From: Raillietiella orientalis
Taxonomy: Eukaryota
Direction of reading: 5' to 3'
DNA: 64,000 nucleotides
NCBI GenBank assembly: GCA_036172245.1
Contig: JAYWIR010000021.1
Span: 2,418,001 to 2,482,000, forward strand
A program made the translations under genes and the position numbers. Below the pieces are notes generated by a model that was not told where the DNA came from, searched no databases, and saw only the letters and a program-made list of their open reading frames with translations. This document shows positions 35,901 to 50,060 of the stretch, piece by piece. Position 1 is the first letter of the stretch, and the number at the start of each line of letters is the position of its first letter.

Positions 35901-37199
35901 AAAAAAACAAGGAGGGAACAGCTCCTGAAACAACAACCACCACAACAGCAAAAAGAAGTTCAAAAGGAAAATTCATCGACCTCGACGGAGATCGTCTGCC
36001 GGGGCAGTCCGAAGGGAAGGGAGGGGGAAAACAAATAAATAAATAAATAGAAGGGAATGTTTTTTTTTCTTTTTGGGAACGACGCACGGAGGAGTCTCCG
36101 CGCGTGCCTCTAGGCAACGCTTCGGAAGACGACGGATAGGAGTGCCCTGATGGAAGGGGCGACGACGTACTCCGAGCAGGTAAGGTGGGAACCGCTGCCC
36201 TCATGGCTCGCGCGGATTCCCCGAAGACATCCTGGAAGCGGTCAAAGCTGTGGGTCGCCTTCCACTGGAACACCGCCGCGCGGTGCTCGCTGGGCGACGC
36301 GGCGCACAGGAAAGAATCCTTAAGCAAAAGACTGCTGCTACCACGACGCCTAGCTCCGAGACCTCCTGGACGCGTCCGAAGCTGCGGAGGTCCACCCTCA
36401 GGCGATACGCGAGCAGGGATCCCTCAGAGGACCAGGAAGAAAGGAAAGGAGAGATATAGAGCTCTGGGCCAGACGGGCAGTGCTGCCTTACCCTCTCGCG
36501 CGGGGGGCGCGGTACCGTCCTCGTCCTCTGGGATACACCGAAGCTGACGTCTCCCTTCCTTGATGGAGGAGGGCGGGAGATGGGAGAGGGAGCTTTTGGT
36601 TTGAGTCGCTTCTTCTTGCTCAGTAGCGAAATGCCAGTGGTCTCCGACTTGACTTCTTCCTGTAGGCGAGGCCACTTCGCAGCCGTCCCCCGCACGTAGG
36701 TCCACTTCTGGCAAACACGGCTGCGAAGATGGGGTGGAAATGAAGGTCGTCGACTGGCGCTGGATCCAGGGGTCCCTGCATCCAGATTCCTTCGCTGGTG
36801 CCAGTCCGTCCTGTGAGCGTTACCTTTGTCTCGTTCCAAAGTCTCCCAGATAACGCTGTCACAAAAAAGACATTTCTTCGCTGTACTGCACTGGTTCTGC
36901 TTCTTCTTCTGTCATCACCAACTGCCTCATCTCCAGAATCATTTTTCTTCCCATCCGCATCACCACCTTGTAACACCAGCCCTCGAGAAAACCGACTCTT
37001 CAGATTCCTCATAGCCTTGAAGGTGACATTTTTCTTCGAGCTGAAGGCGAGTCACAGATGACGCAGATGCCTCATGGGCACGGCCCGTGTAGTGCTTTTT
37101 CCGCCGCCCACAGATCCAGGTTGGTCATCAGCAGATTTACTGAGGGCATTTTTTTTCGCTCTTGCTTGGACCGAATAGCTGGTCCAGGTTCGGAGCACC

Positions 37200-37720
37200 A
37201 CATCCTGAAAAAAGAGGAAAGTGAGGAGGCTGAGCACGAAATCGCCCCAGGTCCCGATTTCCAATCTGAGTTCGGAGCAGCTGCGGCTGAGAAAAGAAGG
37301 GGAAAAGAGAGAAAATACGGTCAAAGATACCCATGGAGACTGCTTCCCCTATAGGCTCTCGGCAAGGAATAGTGCAGCTGCCAAGCAGCCCAGCGTGATG
37401 ACCCGAAGAACATTTCGCGGCATGGCAATCTCCTGGAGTGCTGCCAAGCCTTCCCCAGCAGCTCCTTGACCTAATCCTTCTTGACCGCTCTCGATCTGAT
37501 ATGCTCTTCGTCAACGTCCCATCTCGGAAGGAGATGCCTCTTCTCTTCCATCGAGTAGGCGGAAGTGCCATCTCCTCCGCGCTCTGAAGAAAGCACATTC
37601 TCCAGTTGCCAGTCCGATGAGGTGGCGAGGCCTGGACTTGACCTTTGACTCCTCCTCTTTCGACTCCTTTCAGAAAGTTTCGGAGAGATCACTGAGCTTT
37701 GCTTCTGGCCGAGAGATGGG
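37200..37720 (+). mobile_element. Decayed LINE RT relic (domains 0-3)
   Basis: EIAPGPDF, TFRGMAISWSAAK (NYRGIAL.S...K) and LLFRLLSESFGEITELCFW (LFVDF.KAFD.V....LW) in order. Confidence 0.35.
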
Positions 37721-40700
37721 GAGAAGGAGGAACTAGCGTTTCCGGAAGCCGCTCCAAGATTCGTGCTCGAGGATCATTGAGCGGGCAGCTCAAGTCCATG
37801 CGAAGAAGAGAAGAGAAATCCGGGACCAGGGTTCTTCGATACTCCGTCGATGGGACCCGCTCGTGCTCTCGAGCTCGAGGTCTGGCTGCTCAGCGGTTTC
37901 TGGGAGGCTTTTTCACGGAGACGGTCAGGAGAAGTAGGACAAAGATCCCCCTTCGGGATAGTCTTGCGCTCCCACAGAGGGCATACCTCGCAGGAACCTG
38001 GTTCGTCCTTCCGAAATGGAGAGGACTGTGTCACCTGTGAAACCCCTGCGCATCCTGTTGCACGGCAACCCGCCGTCTCACATCAGGCAGAGGTTCATCC
38101 AATCTCTACCTGCCGAGGTTCTTCTGTGCGATGAGGGCTCCTCCCGATGTCGACTCCTCCCGAGACAGACCGCTTCCTGGCATCACTCAGGTTCCCATGA
38201 AGAGAAGCAATGTAGCTGCCTTCAGGATCTCCCGACTCCGGAAGCGATGCTGGAGCAGAAGCATCCGTGGAGAGCTCGAGGTCCTGGCAGTGACAGCAGG
38301 CCTCGACTGATCCGCGGGATCGCAGGGAGTCCCTCTCGATTCCTATCTTCCCTCCTTGCCCTTTCCACCCTTTCCCTCCTCCTCAGAGCGGTGCGTATGC
38401 TGAGTCTCTGGGCGCTTTTGCTGCAGGTCAGTGCGAGCGGCAGAAGTGCGGGGGGCAGGTAGGGAGGGACGGAACTTCCTAACGCGAGTGCGGGGGAAAT
38501 TCTCAAGCGAAGAACCTACCTGCTTCCTCTGTAGGGTCCCGATTCTTCCTCCCGTTCGCTCAGGGAGAAGGGACGGAGAAGATGGCGGCGGGGGTGGTGG
38601 GAGTGAATGAGTCGGCTACGGAGCACCGGTTTCGGAGAGCTGTACGCGCCCCTGACGTCGGAGCAGCCCCGCCCTTCCGAGCGAAAAGGGCCAGGGACCA
38701 CTGCACCTGCCGTCCATCACCGCCTCTCTCCCTAGCAACAAAGACTGTCCCTTCCAGTTCTCAGCCGAACGGAAGCTGCTCATCAGAGTCGTCGTCGTCT
38801 CCTTGTCTCGCAAGAAGACGGAGGAACCTCGACGAGCCCCCTGCGCCTCCAGCTGCATCCTCGGCGCCGTCCGGCGGTGATAGCGAGCTCCAGGCCATCC
38901 TTTCCTCTCCGAGGGATAGCTCGAAGGAGAGGATGCTCAGAAGTGCTGTCGGTTGCAGGCATTCGCCCGGGGTCACGAAGAGCGGGAAGAGAGGTTGCTG
39001 GGGAGTCCCGTTCGGAACCGGAAACGACGTCGCCGGCTCTCCGAAGCAGGAAGAGGGTGATCCGAGGGCGTCCAAGGTGCATCTCTGAGAACTTCCCCTC
39101 CCTATCCGCTCCCGAGGGAGGTGCAGTGAGGGGGAGGGTGAGAACGGGAAGCTTGAAGAGAGGAGCAGGGGCGCGGTTCGAGGAAGCAACGATCTTTTCC
39201 GCATTCCGAGAGGCCTGAGCGCTGTCGGCTGAAGGTGAAGGGCGGACAAAGTGAAGGCTGCTCCCATGTGTCGTGGAAGGCAACCATCGAGCTTGCTAGG
39301 CAACCCTTCTTCCCATTCGATTGGGGCCTCAGGGCGTGTAGCTTGGTTTGAGGAAGAACTTGGCAGGGCGGTCCTTTTCCCTCCACGGCCTCCTTCCCTG
39401 GTATCCTGTGACTCCATCGGTTGGACAGCTTCTTGAAGACTTCAAGAGAGGTCTTTCCCGACGTGAGATGGAAGGCAGGGTCGAAATGGGCAGCACGAGT
39501 CGGTCCCAGTTTCGCGCGGCCACGTAGCTCCCGGAGGAACGGCGGAGCGACCAATTCTCCCATTTCCACAAGGTCCGTGACTGCTGTCGCAACGCCTTGG
39601 TCCAGGATCCCTCGTTCATCTTTCTTCTTCCTCCTCCTCCCCCTTCTCAGAGGAAGGGGACATTTCCTGCCGCTCCTGCAGATGGGAGATGGTCGCATAG
39701 AGGACGAGCCGGGTCAGCACAACAAAAGCGGATTGATCGGAGTTTCCTCGCTGCCGGTACGGAGGAGATCGTCATCGGTGAAGTTCATGGCAGCATCTGC
39801 TGCCGCACCGTCTCAAGGCAACGACCAACCGACCCTCACCGAACTCCTTTTTCCTCCCGCTCCCCGCTCCCATTGGTGCTTCCTCCCACAAAGTCCACGT
39901 GGACCAAGATGCTGCGACGCCAGGAAACCGACTCCGGATGCTGGGGCGGCTGCTCCTGTTGAGAAGAGCACAGGAGGTAACTAGAGGAGTAAGAAGACGA
40001 GGAGGATGAATGAAAGTCAAGGAGGTGCTCTGAAACGCGATCCTCGCAGTAGTCATGCGTGCCGGAATCTGCTCATCTTCTCGAGAGAGGCTGATACGGT
40101 TTTCGACACGTCCCGATAGCTTTCTTTTCTCGGATCGCGTTTCCGGCAAGTGGGGCGACCTTTGAACTCTACAGACAGCCCTTTCTCGCAAATTCCTACC
40201 CAGAGGCCCTCAGAACATCTTCCTCTCAGGTACTTAGGGCTGCCGCACCTGGAGGCAACTTCCCTCTCTCTTTGTGTGCAGCAGTGCTTCCTAGCGTCCG
40301 GGTCTGCCTCCTCCTACCCGGATCGACGTCTGGGAGTGAATGGAAACATGTGGGAGGGAGAGCGGCAATCCACGTCCGTCCACTTTTCCTCACCTGCATC
40401 GCCACAGGAACCCGGAAAGAAAGGCTCTCTGGAGCGACGCGGGCTTGGGCGTATTTGGCAACCTACCTTCCTCTGCGCCCAGCGACCTCGATGGATCCCA
40501 GCTCAGGAGGAACGAAAGCAGGGAGGGAAGGTCTTTTTCAACCCTTGGGATGCCTGAAGCGAGCATGAGCTTTCTAATCACCCGCGGCACCTCGCTACCG
40601 GAAATGCTGCGTCCATCAGCAGAATCTTCAGCAGGGGGAAACGGGGAGGGGCGAAGCTAGCACGCCTCTGGGCAAAGCTTGCGCGAGCGCGCGCGCCCCT

Positions 40701-41269
40701 TCGGGAGTGAACTCCCTCTAGGTCTTCCCTCCTTACGCGTCCCTTCCACACCGATCCTCCTGTGCGTGCCGGGAAGAGCAGTCCAGTAGGTGCCTTTACC
40801 TCGCTTCCGGTGATGCTAGTCTCCCTCCGGAGCAAACGTTGGGAATCGTCAGAATGCGCGGGAGATGGATGACAAGGGAGAGGAAGGTCTGGATGCTTGC
40901 ATTCCAAGGACCTGCCCGGGGCGCGCCCTCTGAAGATCCACTCTGCTGCTGGACGACTGGAGGAGGACAGCACTTTTCGCAGGGTTTCCCGCCACCAGGA
41001 CCTCCTGGAGCTCCTGGCAATCGACAACGCAGAGTCTCCAACGGGGATCAAGGAGGTCCCGACGGGGTATCCAGGAGCTTATCATGAGGATGCAGGAAGA
41101 GGAGGGGTTCGGAGCTCCAGGGATCTTCCCAGCTCTCTGATTCCGGGCAACTTTCCTCTCTTGCCGCTCTCTCCTTCTCAGAAATGCTCCGAGAGGGCCT
41201 TCCGAGTCGAGGTTTGGGCTCTTCGCCTTCGGATACATCCGAAAGTGCTTTCTTTTTAGAGGCTCTGGT

Positions 41270-41760
41270 AGCAACTCCTTGGCTTGGAGCTCGGTCAAGA
41301 CGCTGCCCAAGCAAAGAAGATCTGCGGAAGTGGACCAAGTGCAGGCATAAGACATCTGTGGACATCAGCTGATACCATCCTCAGAGCCAGCGCGCTGAAA
41401 GTAGCGTTTCTCTTTCTCATCTTTCTAAGCCACCAGCCGAAACCTCTTCTGCGCTCGTTTGTCCTCTGGTCTTGAACCTGCCCGCAGAACGTTGCTGCAG
41501 GCGGTGTCGAGAGCAGCCTTTTGATCCTCAAGCTCCCCGAGCCCCTTAAACGTCGACTGCGACCTTTGAAACCGACCGAACATGTTCCTCTGGGCAGCAT
41601 CCTCGAGGATCGATTCTCCCTCGAGGAGCAGCGCAGTGATTACGAAGCCGCTAGCCTCCGAAACATCCGCTGGCGCTGTGATGATATCTTCATAATGCGG
41701 TTTCTCTGTCCAAGAATGCTGCCAGAACGACCGGAAAAGTTGCAGAAAGGCTGATTCTTG
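41270..41760 (+). mobile_element. Decayed RTE-like LINE RT relic (domains 0-2)
   Basis: RLRPLKPTEHV..SILEDR..LEEQ...RWRCDDIFIMRFL resembles YR.I.L..H..K..IL..R..EEQ.GFR..R...D.IF.LR. Confidence 0.4.
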
Positions 41761-42366
41761 ACTTTCACCTGCCTTCATCTCACCTTTACCTTTCCTTCTT
41801 TCTCACTCACTCTCTCTCTCCATTTTTTTCTTCATTTTAATTTTAGAGTCCATTGGACTGCTCCAGCAACTGATGAAGGAATTTCTTTTTCACCCCGGCT
41901 TCAATAAAAAGGCTCCGATCGCAGTCTGCTTCCGCCAAGAACCACGTCGGATCCACTCTATCCACTCTATACTCTTGCTGAGGAGAATTTGGTATTCGTT
42001 CTGTGCACTGAGCCGTTCTACTACGGCTGCGCACAGCCATCTTTGCATTCGCTTTTCTACAACCTAGGACCTTCAAGCTCTTCTTCAGTGAGTCTTCCCA
42101 GTTATTCAAACCGCAAAAAAGACAGTTATCGTGATGGCAACAGAGGAACTGGACTCTGGAGGGATGCCCCAGTGACTTCTTCAACCTCCTCGTTGAACGA
42201 AGGGGAGCTTGAAAATTCCGTCCACAATGCTGATGATGATTTGCGTTTCATATCAAAATCGTCGGTCGCAGAAGGAATTATTTTTTCATTCAGAGTCAAC
42301 GCTAACAGTGCACTGGTAGACAAGGATGCAGAGGATCTATGTAATTCTCCGTAGCCAGCGCTTCGA

Positions 42367-43050
42367 GGTCGGTTACCGTGAGCGTCCTTCGAGTTCCGGC
42401 TACTCCTGGAAAGGACGCAAAAACAGTGTTCCCAGACCTAAAAATCTGCCTTCAGGAATCGTCGGAAATTCAGACAGGAATTCAGACAAGACTCGAGGTT
42501 TTTTCCAGATTCAGGAGTGCCAGAGCGTTGCGAGAAAGGCGGCAAAGCTCCAGAACGGAGACTCTGCCATACCGTCCTATTGGAGCGGCGAAGACGAGAA
42601 GGCACTTTGGCTCCAGCACGTGGTCGGTTGGTCTGCGAGTGTCGGTGCCCGCGTGGGAAGATGAGGAAGACAACGGGTTCTCCTCAGTGGCGCCACTCTG
42701 GAGGCGGAAGCTGCCGCAGTGTAGGAGTTCAATGCACCTTTGCTTGGTTTTGAGGGAGCTTTCGAAGCATCCTGGGCCCCTTTTTTGGCCCTTTCTTTCT
42801 ACACTGTTTTCCCACTAGTCCCACTGCCCTGAGCTTTGCCCCTTGAATCGTGTCCTCTACCGCCAGCTTTACTGGAGAGCCGAAGGAGATCAGATACTCG
42901 GTGTCCAGCTTTCCTGCGAAATCAAGATCGCGTAACGATGCCATTCGTTCCTGGGATAAGCGGATTCCATCGGATCCGATGCTGGCCGAAACCCAACGCC
43001 GTACACCGGGAGCACACTTTGCTACTTGAGATAAGCTCTTAATCTCTCAT
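42367..43050 (-). mobile_element. Second, rearranged copy of the tyrosine-recombinase relic
   Basis: 42367 to about 42610 matches 45439 to about 45670, and 42829-43045 matches 45212-45432, with long shared words (e.g. GGAGTGCCAGAGCGTTGCGAGAAAG, GATCAGATACTCGGTGT). The two blocks are in swapped order. Confidence 0.6.
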
Positions 43051-43865
43051 CTTAGCTGCTGGTGGTGACGATGAGGAAATCAGCGACTCGCATCTTTAGA
43101 TTACGATGCGGATTAAAAGAGAGGAAAGAGAGAACTCCTGTGAAGGGGCGGTCCTCCAAGCTCTGCTTCCGAAGTTTCCGGGCCGACGGAATTGAAGCCT
43201 CTCTCATCTTTGCTGTGCGTCCTCGAGATGGAGGCTGTGACTTCAGGATGGAGCTGCCCATCCATTGGTCCGTCTTTTAGACAAGAAGAAAGGGAAACGG
43301 GAGATTCATGTGGGCGCGCAGCGAACGCAGCGGCGCACGCAGTTCAGGTGATGCTTTGCCTGGGGAGCGCATCTGCATGGAACAGCGGGACGCCATGGGG
43401 AGTACAGGAGGAGCTGCTCCTCCCTGTGGTACCGAGCACACGGCAGGGCACTCTTGCAGGAAGAGCAGTAGGGCGTCTGCAAGAGCGAGGAGATCTGCTG
43501 CAGGACGTTAATACGGGGTCCGCATCAGGAATCGAAGATCTGCTTATGGAAGCACCTTTTCCGGTAAAAGAGCTCGAGGAAGCAGACGAGGGAGATGGCC
43601 ACCCGAAAAACGGCGGAGGCACAAACCAGAGGAGGGGAAATGGCAACACCGCCAACACTTCCAGAAGGATTTTCCATTCATCGTAAGCAGGAGACGAGAG
43701 CCACAATCCCGAAACCCTCTTGATGCCCTCGCAGGAAGTCTTTCGGTTCCATGTGGTGAACGAGATGGCGTGGTTGCAGAGTCCAGATCCCGCTGCTCTC
43801 ATCCTCTCAGGCTGCCAATTGTTCTCGAAGCAGAAACTTCAAAGCACACTCACTCACCCACGCAT

Positions 43866-43868
<3 letters not shown>

Positions 43869-43937
<69 letters not shown>

Positions 43938-43943
43938 ACACAC
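43869..43943. repeat. (CA)n microsatellite, about 37 units with one TA interruption
   Basis: Read directly. Confidence 0.97.
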
Positions 43944-44789
43944 GCAGGCACAAAAAAAAAAAAGGCGAAAAGGGGAACTCGGGCAAAACACAATTCCCTG
44001 ACAGAGATCCTTTGTGTTTCACTTGTTCGTTGCAGTCCCAATCTCAAATCGATCGATTCCATCTCAAAGATGATGGAGAAATCAATAAAAAATTCTGTAC
44101 GACAAACAGCAAAAACCGAAGCGACCGTCGCTAATGTTTGTTTTCGTTGTGCCCGCTCCAGCGGGGGAACTGCCCTGCCGTTTCGCTATTATTTTTTTTC
44201 CCAGACACCATCGCGAGGGCATGAAATGGATTTCCGATTTCTTTTCGAAACGGAAACATCCAACAGGAGCTCGAATAAAAGTGTCAAAATTCCGTTTCCA
44301 TCACTGAAATATCACACATATCAGAAATGCTATCCAGTTACATCTCGGAATGACTCCTCGGTTATCTGGAATGCCGATAGCTCTGCGCTCTGGGGAAAGC
44401 AGACAGCTAATTGAAATAGTCGGAGCAGACAAGAAGTGCCCGTGGAAGGTCCGCAGCGTACTTTCGGGGTCGGTGTGGAGGGGGTCACAGCACTCAAATA
44501 AGCATCGCGGGAGAGTGCGACATGCCAGAATGGAACGCGGGGGGGATTGACGATAGTGACTTCACGAAGACCCGCCCTGGCTTGGAACCGGGAGCTCACG
44601 AGACGTGAGAGGATACATGACATCTCGAGACGGCTCGAAGAGGAAACCGGCGCTGGAGGGTATTGCGGAAAGTGCTGCAGTGTCGTTGAAGCCCACCGTG
44701 AGAACTCTTTCCAGAGACACTGGTACGAAGGTACTGAGAACGAGTCCCCTGTTGGGTCTCCTGCGGATGCGAGCGCTGTGCTCCATAGG

Positions 44790-45730
44790 CTGCTTCTGTG
44801 CATATCGAAACGAGTCCAGTTCTTCATCGGATTGGCCGAGCAGCGGTCGTCGAAAAGAGTGAGGCCCTTGAGGACGGAACGACGAGTCCAGAGAAGACTC
44901 TCGAAGCCTCATTTGATCTCACGTCTGGGATGCTTGCGACATGCAAAACGCCCCAGATGAGCTCTGTGCGGGTTCCAGATTTGGCTTGCCTGAGAGCATC
45001 ACGTACTGCCATTTAGATAATCTGACATTGGCTGAAGCGGGCTGAGGCGTTCCATCCGGTGAGGAGGAGGAGTTCGTGCGTGCGTAAAAGAGTGCCCAGC
45101 TGATGGAAAGCAAGGAGCTATGCAACTGCTTGTGCTTTCTTGTCGTGAACTGCACTTATGAATGTTCATTTCTCCTGAGGAAGAGGGTAGCAGGCAAGAG
45201 AAGCCGAAATGCTGAGCTTTGCCCCTTGTCTCGTGCCCTCTGCCGCCAGCTCCAGTGGAAAGCAGGAGGGGATCAGATACTCGGTGTGCAGCTTCCGTGC
45301 GAAATGAGAATCGCGTAACTATGCTCCCCGTTTCCGGAACGAGCGAATTCTCCATCGGATCCGGTGCTGGACGAAGCCCAACGAAGTGCACCGAAAGAAC
45401 ATTTTATCGCTAGTTGAAATAAGTTCTTCATCTTTCCCAGGTCGGTTACCACGGTCGTCCTTGGAGTTCCAGCTGCTCCTGGGACAGGCTCGAAAATGGA
45501 GTTCCCGGACCTAAAAATCTGCCACCGGAGATCGTCGGAAATTCATAAGGGCATCCAGATAAGACCCACGGTTTTTTCCGGCTTCAGGAGTGCCAGAGCG
45601 TTGCGAGAAAGACGGCAAACCTCCGGAACGGAGCCGTCCCATTGGAACGGAGGAGGTGAGAAGGCAGGATGCAAGATCCGGCGTAGAAGATAGGACCCTT
45701 GTAGTGTAGGCTGGATGAAGATATCCGAAT
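44790..45730 (-). mobile_element. Decayed tyrosine-recombinase gene (DIRS/Ngaro/Crypton-type element)
   Basis: Ordered motifs SYLDALMNF (core-binding SYLSA+), PRTTVVTDL (R.PIT), LFQLAIKCSFGALRWAS (AF+G.LR.SE, catalytic R1), PDGTP and GPHSFRR (H-S-F-R box). Confidence 0.5.
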
Positions 45731-47369
45731 CGATTGTCGCCCTCGCCGTTTGGATGCTGGGAGCCCAGAGGAGTGGAATAGATCAAACAGGTCACCAGCT
45801 TCTCTGAAGACTCGGGTATTCGTTTCAAAAGGGAATGGAAAAGCCCAGATGCTGCTGACCGCTGGATGCCCGCGCGCAAGCTCCAGGAGACATTTCTGGG
45901 AAAATCAGCGAAGACTCCCTTCAAAAGGGTCCCAGAAAATTCTTTCTCAGGAAAATAGAAAACGGAAGAAATGAAATTTATGGGTGGCTGGAGCTATTGC
46001 AAACCCCATAAATTAAATATCGATTAATGTTATAGGGAATTGAATTCTGAAAAAAAAAAAAAAAAGAAGTATTTCCGAAAAAAGAGTATCTCTGCGTCAC
46101 AATGTTGCAATCGGGGGATCTGAGTCCGGTGATGAAGTACCTGCTAGGGGTCATTCTGAGGGGGAGAGGGGATGAGGACAAAGCAGAAAACAAGAGACGG
46201 AATCCGAAGATGATTTCGAAGGGAGAGAGCAAAGGCAAGAAGAGCTCAGCTCTACAGTGGAATTACAGATTTCTTATCCTTTGACTCCAGACGCGAAAAG
46301 CATCAAGAGCAGCTCCTCACGGCTACCTGGAAACGCATCGAACTCGCAGGAGCAGCTTCTGATACAGGCAGACCTCATCACAAATTTCCGGCAATGGAAG
46401 GAAAGGTCGAATCAGACATCCTGATGAGTTTTGAGAAAGACCACTGAGATGGGCGACCCAGGAATGGTTCCACATCTTCTTGGATGTCCTGAACTTCGGC
46501 AACCTAGAAGAGCGAGCGGAATCCTGGCGTCATTTCTAAAAGGAGCAAATTTCTAGAATTCCATCCCTCTAGCCATCTGCACTGTTGGATAAGATGCCCG
46601 AAGTCGACCTTGAGAAGAGATCAGGAGTAGAGTGTTAACCAAACTTACGAGCTGCCTTTTTCCATCCCGGAAGGTGTGAGAAGATTTGAGGCCCGGAAGA
46701 GCTGGCACGAAGTAGAAGCGACTCACCGACCTCCCGAACCGTGAGTGACGGCTGTAGGAACGTCCTCAAGAGAAGACTCCGGAGAGAATCAGACTCACGG
46801 ACTTACAAGAAGGTGGTCCTGCTGGATTCGGAAGCGGGAAAATTTTCGCAGCCTGAAGCAAAGATCGAGTCTTCTCTTTCTTCGCTTCCCTCACGTCCGC
46901 TCCTCTCCCGTTGATCTCACCCCGAAAATGACAGACGAATCTCCGACATAGAACCTCACGGCAGCTTAGAAGGGGGGGGGGGGGAGAGAGCTCGTGAGTC
47001 ATCACCGGTTACCTTTTGACCGCATAAAATGCGCGTAAAGGTTTCGTCGAGCATTTGCGCTGCAGCATTCCCTAAGGACCCTTTCGAAAGGCTCCAGAAT
47101 CCCCCTCATGACACGAAGAGGGGCTTTTCCTACACTGATACACTTTTTCTCTCTCCCTTAGTCTTTTCTTCCTTGCTTTCGTCGGCTTCTGAGGCACCAG
47201 AGGCCTCAGATAATAAGAAGGCAGACGTGGCGCATCTCCTTGGATGCAGCTTACCGCTGTTCAGACAAGAATCTTTTTTTTTGGGGGGGGGGGGCGCTGA
47301 ACGGTGAGGCATTCGAGCAAAGCAAATTTCGTGATTGAACTGGAAGTGGGCTCCAGAGTTCGGAAAAAG

Positions 47370-47810
47370 GCGGAAGGAATCCCTAAGCAGCCAAAGGCAA
47401 ATCGCTCGATTACGTAGCGGTGTCACCTGCCAGATCCTATTCCAGCGGGAACGAGCTCGCTTGAGGAGTCTCCTGCGGCAGAAGCTGCAGCAGGCCCAGG
47501 TTTATAGTCCTAGTTTCCTTCCTTCTTTGTAGAGCAGGAGACCTGCTCTCCTGGGGAACCAGGAATACGAAAAGCAGGAGGAAGAGTTCCTACAGGACGC
47601 GGCCGCGCGAAAGTGCCCGATGCAGGAAGCGGATGCGAATTGTCGATCTCGGATCGGCTTCCGGAATTCCGTGCATCGCTACTTTGCAGCAGGGAGGCGT
47701 CTCTCGGGTTGCATCCGAGAGTCCATGCCAAAGCGCTCCTGCCTTGGGATGAGAGGAGATGCCTTGGAATGGAAGAGAGCCTGAGGAAACATCTCAAGGC
47801 ATATCCTCCT
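47370..47810 (+). mobile_element. Decayed RTE-like LINE C-terminal relic
   Basis: AQVYSPSFLPSL (K.VY...V.P.LLY), ISDRLPE and LLPWDERRCLGME (LRW.GH+.RM). Confidence 0.35.
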
Positions 47811-48939
47811 CCTCTGCTTCTTTGCTAATCCCCCGCAAAGAGAAAGCTAACTGCAGCTTCTTGGCTCGACGTCGCAGATCGCTTACCGTCTTCAAGGCAC
47901 TTGCAGTGGGAGCAGCCGTTGGAAATAATGAGCTCTTTCCGGATCCGTTTTCCGACATTCATCTACTGAGAGATGCGTTCTCCTGCTATGCCCGAGGTCT
48001 CAGAGATCCTTGTCTTTTTCCTTCATCAGTTCCACAAAAAGGAAGCTCTTCAGGAAAATATTCCATTCCTTGCAAATGTCCGAAAGCAGTTCTGCAAGGA
48101 GTGCAGTGTTTTCCAGAATTCAAAGAAGACTGGGGACTGTTGGACTGCTTCTTCACTCACAGGGGCAGAACAAACGAAGCCGTGGTGATTCCAGATGACG
48201 CCGGCTGGAGTCGTCTGCAGCATCCTTGTCTGATAGATGCCGAAGCCATTTCCCCTTCCTTTGACGCGAGCTTTCCTTCCTTTTTCGCGTCCGCTGCGGC
48301 CACATCTTGAATTTCGGTTCCCGATCTGAATCGGAACACAGCCACATCGGATGTACTCAATGTAGAGCAAGAAGAGCAAGAAATTCGTCTTCCAAAGCTT
48401 CGGTAGCTATTCCATGAATGGCACAGGATTCCACCCTCCCTAAGAAAGTGTTTTTAAAAACATCTTGGTGAATTTTTGCCGAATTCCCCATTACATTCTT
48501 TCATTTCCCCATTATACTATTGCCTTCCTTTCCTAACCCTTGCTAATTAAAGCAAAATTTCACACATGACATGAGCACTTGCATTCTACATATGCTATTT
48601 ACTAAAAGTCAATTCTGACTTAGTATGAAAATCTCATAACTGCCACCTGTAAGCTCACAACTCTATCCATCATTCCATATTTCCAAAAAATAAAAACATC
48701 CAAGTATTTCTCACAAGATTCAGCACTCTCCTTGGCGAGACGGCTGCGCCCACTTTCGAGGCTCGAGAGGAGGATTTTGGCGATTTGCACTTCCTCAGAA
48801 CCTTTCTCTTTCACAGCATCCATCGTCTGTGGCTTTCTGGTTGGCTCAACACTTTGCCTCTCACCATCACTTGGGGAGCTCTTTCTGTACTTGATAGCTC
48901 AAAGTACCAGGTAAAAGGATGCCATCACTGTCATCTCCT

Positions 48940-50060
48940 AGCCTCCATCTTCTCTCTTCGCTTGCAAGCATATCATGCCTTGAGGACATGCCACCCTACG
49001 GCAGCCATCCAAATTTAGAAACAGCATCTCTTTGAAGCGTAATGCCGTTTGCCTCCTGTTCGATGCAGTAAGTGCGCGTACATTGGCGGTTCACTGTCTG
49101 GAAAAAAAAAATCGCCTCCGTTACGAGGAATTTCTTCGAAGTCATCACACCTCTTTGCTGAAAGAGCACAAGGCTCAGAGTGAGCGTCAAGCGCGCCTCC
49201 GGAAACTCCGTAAGATGTGGCGTTCCGACCGGCGGGTGCCCTTCGTGCCTCTCCGTGGCATTCCAAAACCCCGTCCTTCGCGCAACTGGTGAGCGAGTTT
49301 GTGGGTGATGCTGACCCCCACGAATGACGATGCTTCCTCTAGTTTGTAAGCCGACTTTGAGGGCTTATTCAGAATCCGACAAGCATAGCGTGGCCAAGAC
49401 GACGGCTGCAATAAGGAATATGAGAAAGGGTGGGTGGTTATGCTGGAGGCACTGAGCGACGAGGAAGAGAAACTGAAAGACAAAACGAAGCAGGAAATCG
49501 CTTCTTTCCAAAGCAAGCTCAGATGGAATGAGCTGTTTGTCAGCTGGAATTCTGAATGGTCCATTCTTTCTAAAGTGCGAATTCTTCTCTCATGGATGGC
49601 TGTCCGTCTCGAAGTTGCAGCTTTGCAGGAGCTGCCGATACCCAGATGTTAAGAACCGGATCTTCGGGACTAATCGATCTGTATTTCCGACAGCGCTTCC
49701 ATCGCCTCGGCGAGGCAAAAAACGGAAGGAAAAAATAGAATAAAAGAAGACTCAACTGGCAGCTCTTTCGTAGAGGAATCCATCGGGGTCCTTTCCCCTT
49801 TCCCCTCTTTCGGCAGGTACTACAAGAGCTGTTGCTGCAGTTGTCGAGATCTCGGCTTAGAAAAGTGGCCAACATACAGAAGACGACAAATGGAGCGTCA
49901 AGACTGCGGCAAGAGAATTAAAAACGAATAAAGGACGGTCGACAAGTTGAAATCCCACGCTCAAGACCGTCCCAGAGACGGTTAAAGAGCAATAGGAGAG
50001 TGATAGAAGGCCGTCTCCACAGGGGCGGAAAACGTGATCTGGGAAGCAATGCTACAAGAA
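48940..50060 (-). mobile_element. Decayed L1/Tx1-like RT relic
   Basis: GFQLVDRP (AFD.V), LRKSCQLSLLLF (RQGCPLSPLLF), RILNKPSKS, FVGVSI and AKREDGG (..GGLG) in order. Confidence 0.4.

Noticed and set aside
40980..41080. GFPPPGPPGAPG collagen-like stretch
   Set aside because: Too few Gly-X-Y triplets and no exon context.
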